Under the pieces are notes generated by a model. That model had not been told where the DNA came from. It searched no databases and saw only the letters and a program-made list of their open reading frames with translations. Shown here piece after piece: positions 61,299 to 64,000 of a stretch of DNA of 64,000 nucleotides (position 1 is its first letter; every line of letters begins with the position of its first letter). Source of the DNA: Gekko japonicus (taxonomy: Eukaryota); NCBI RefSeq assembly GCF_001447785.1, contig NW_015167593.1:186001-250000 (forward strand), read 5' to 3'. Made by a program: the position numbers and the translations under genes.

Positions 61299-62027
61299 TC
61301 AGAGGCCGTGGCGCTTGCGAGCTCCCCCGATGCCGCTGGCGGCGTGCAGCAGGCGGTCCTTCTCGCGGATCTCCTCACGGAGCTGGGCCTCGGCCAGGCG
61401 CAGGCGCCGAATACTGCCCTTCATCTCCTTCATCTTCACCTCCAGCAGGGCGATGATGTCCCGCTGCTCGTTGAGCTTGCGCAGCAGCTCCTCCGAGGTG
61501 GTGCCCGAAGACAGCGAGTACGAGTGGTCTGGCGGGCCCCCGCCGTCCAGCAGGGGCCCGTTGCCGGCCAGCAGGGCCAACCGGACCGGGGTGCCGACTG
61601 CGGTGGCGGCACCAGCAGGACCCCCCAGCTCCACCTGCACGGTCAGGTCGATGGGCTTGACGTCCTCGGGTCCCCCTCCTCCTCCGGCTCGCGGCCCTTG
61701 CCCGCCCTGCTCGACGGCTCCCTCTTGCTGCAAGGTGAGCAGCACCGCGGGGGGCTGCTGGGCGGCGGCGGCGGCGGGGGGCTGCTGGAAGATGGTGGGC
61801 ACGCGCACCAGGTAGGACTTGCGCCCGCCGGGGAAGTGTTCGGAGCAGACGCGGTGGCCGGTGGTGGGCTGGAAAGTGCTGAAGCAGCCGCTCACGCCGG
61901 CCCGCGACACGTTCTTCAGCCACAGGCGGCGCAGCTCCGCGTCCTTCGGGAAAGTGTAGAAATGGAGCGCCTTGTCCCGGTGCGAGTTGTTGTAGCAGCC
62001 CGGCACGCAGCACGTGAACCCGGGCAT
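61299..62027 (-). CDS. THAP11: THAP domain-containing protein 11 (Ronin), single exon, 242 aa
   Basis: [30 protein letters not shown]2CH THAP domain ending VPTIF; HCF1-binding motif DHSY (61518-61529); C-terminal coiled coil [23 protein letters not shown]; syntenic with NUTF2 and EDC4. Confidence 0.97.
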   Translation of the reverse strand: MPGFTCCVPGCYNNSHRDKALHFYTFPKDAELRRLWLKNVSRAGVSGCFSTFQPTTGHRVCSEHFPGGRKSYLVRVPTIFQQPPAAAAAQQPPAVLLTLQQEGAVEQGGQGPRAGGGGGPEDVKPIDLTVQVELGGPAGAATAVGTPVRLALLAGNGPLLDGGGPPDHSYSLSSGTTSEELLRKLNEQRDIIALLEVKMKEMKGSIRRLRLAEAQLREEIREKDRLLHAASGIGGARKRHGL

Positions 62028-62029
62028 GG

Positions 62030-62640
62030 CGTGTGTGTGTGTCGTCCCCCCACCCCGCCCGCTACTCCGCCTTCTCCTCCCCCGGCGGTCCCGTGGCGGC
62101 CGGGACTACAGATCCCACAAGGCCTCCCGAGGCTGAGCGCGACAAGGGGGCAGCCCCGCTATCGCCGTCGCCGCTACTCCTGCCGCCGCCACCGCTGCGC
62201 CCCGCAGCCCCACAGGAAGCGGAACTACCCGCCCCACAAAGCATCGCGGCGCCGCGCACCGGAACTACGTTTCCCACAAGATCTAGCGCGGGGCGGGAGC
62301 GGGCCCCGCTTTCTCCACTGGATGCATAAGTTTAAAGAAAGTGGGAGGACAAAAGTTAAGACTCTCATCGAGCCAGGCAGCCCGCCTGAGGCTCTTTCTT
62401 TCCTCGCGGCCCTACACACGATCCTCCCGGTGTTTAAGGTTTCCCATAATCCATCTCTTTGTAGTCCTTTATTTTGCCTCTCCAACCGTTAAGGACTACT
62501 CGTACCATAATGCAGTGGGAAGCACGGAACTACGCTTCCCACAATGCCGTTTGCTCGGTAGTTCTACCCTCTTCGATGTTTCACCCGAAAGGGGGGCGAG
62601 ATGTTTCCGTCTATGGTTGCTGTGGCAACCCTACTCCAGT
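62030..62640. promoter_or_regulatory. THAP11 promoter with five co-oriented ACTAC-N3-CCCA-type (ZNF143/THAP11) motifs and a palindromic X-box-like site
   Basis: Motifs at 62105, 62224, 62264, 62495, 62529; GGTTGCTGTGGCAACC at 62615-62630. Confidence 0.75.
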
Positions 62641-62799
62641 GGCATCCCCCCCACACACTCACAGAGTTTAATATTTATTGCATTTTTTTATATTATTGCT
62701 ACCCGTCTTGGGTCCTTATTTGTCAGGAGAAAGGCGGGTTTAACAATCTTTTAATTCAACAAACGTTGTATTAAAATTGTAGTTTAATAAAACACAGGA

Positions 62800-63112
62800 G
62801 TGAGGCCACTCGTACCTGAAAGATTAAGACTATAACAGATTTATTCCAGCATCAGCTCTCGTGAGTCAGCCATTAATACAGACCTTTTGGAATATGGTCA
62901 ATACAGGCCTTTCTGTGGTAACTAGCATCCCTTCATGCATTGCCAGGGGGAACAATATTTCATCTTTATCTTCACAAAGGTCCCTGACTGATACTGGAAG
63001 GGAGCTGGTCGAGTCAGATGCATAATTCAGTTAAAAAAAAATGAGCTCTGACTCATGAAAGCTGATTCGGGAATAAAAATACTAATATTCTTTTAGATGC
63101 CTTTGGACACTT
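62800..63112. mobile_element. Penelope-like element terminal fragments in inverted arrangement (others ~45960-46040, ~63372-63450)
   Basis: TTAAGACT..TTTATTCC..AGCTxTCGTGAGTCAG and its reverse complement; recalled similarity to reptile Penelope pseudo-LTRs. Confidence 0.45.
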
Positions 63113-64000
63113 GTGTTATTTTGTTGTTAAAGACGGAGCAGTCCAAAGCGGGCCTTTTCAGAAGTAAGTGGCGTAAGCCCCATTTTACTGAATGGGTCTT
63201 ACTCCCAGGAAAGTGTTCTGAGGATTGCAGCCTCACATGGCCCTTTTGGCAATCACAGAATCTCTTCCTCCGGCATTTTTTGGCTGCTGAATTGAAGCTG
63301 CCAAAACAAAGTCTGCTGGAGCTCAAAGCATTTGACTCATAGGATGTCTTAATGGTTGGAAAAAACAATATTTGAGTCCACCTTTAAGACTAACACAGTT
63401 TCATTCCGGGTATAAGCTTTCCTGTGCATACACACTTCTGCAGATATGTAATAGTTGGAAATAAAGGATACAACATCCATTATCTTTTAAGGAACCGTGA
63501 TGCCCCTGACCTTAAAAGATGGCCTTAATAACTTTCTTCTTAAGCATCCTATGATTATTATAAAGCAAACTGGAGCCCTGTGCCATGTTAAAGACAATTC
63601 TAGAACAAGCGTTCAAGGAGGACAGCAATATTAAACACACTTGCCAGGGGGAAAGCCCTACTCAACTGCTTCTGGGGACTGGACTGTAAGATATTTGCAT
63701 ACTAAGTTTCATTTAGTTCAATAGGATGTGCTCCCTGAGGTAAATATGTATAGTATGCATAGAACTGCAGCCTTAAACCCAATTGGAGGTTGGTTGTAGC
63801 CTAATGAACATAGCTATAGTAATGTATAGTTTCCTATATGTTTAACCTTTTGACAGAAAGTACCCCAATAGCACATGGCTTTTGATTAGGTATGAGAGCA
63901 GGATTTCCCCAATGGAAACAGAAATGTTTTATCTGTCAACAACTTTCAGTATGCTTGGTAAACTGGATTCCTGCTTACATCCCACACTTCTGAACATAAA

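Noticed and set aside
61038-62492. 484-aa plus-strand ORF overlapping THAP11
   Set aside because: Codon-aligned antisense shadow of a GC-rich CDS plus CpG island; no recognisable domain.

Overview
Vertebrate (squamate reptile, probably a gecko-like lizard) genomic DNA with five N gaps. It carries the conserved THAP11-NUTF2-EDC4 gene cluster, all on the minus strand: single-exon THAP11 (61299-62027), complete NUTF2 (non-coding exon 1 near 46548 plus four coding exons, 127 aa) and EDC4 coding exons 1-12, running off the left edge. The three CpG-island promoters carry ZNF143/THAP11-type (ACTAC..TCCCA) and ETS motifs. The rest is dense in squamate repeats: CR1, L2, BovB/RTE, L1 fragments, Sauria SINEs, 5S- and tRNA-derived SINEs, hAT and Harbinger-like MITEs, solo LTRs and Penelope-like ends. 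Most notable: (1) a nested 6.8-kb insertion complex at 48813-55641 containing two TSD-flanked ~1.7-kb retroelements that encode only an L1-type ORF1 (HAL1/half-L1-like), both inside a third, longer non-autonomous element; (2) a candidate in-frame 15-nt microexon in EDC4 intron 1 with a 119-nt AG-free zone; (3) a probable U12-type intron 5 in EDC4; (4) a THAP11 protein lacking the polyQ and post-THAP segment, under a promoter with five co-oriented ZNF143/THAP11-type motifs. Gene and repeat names rest on recalled similarity, not database searches.
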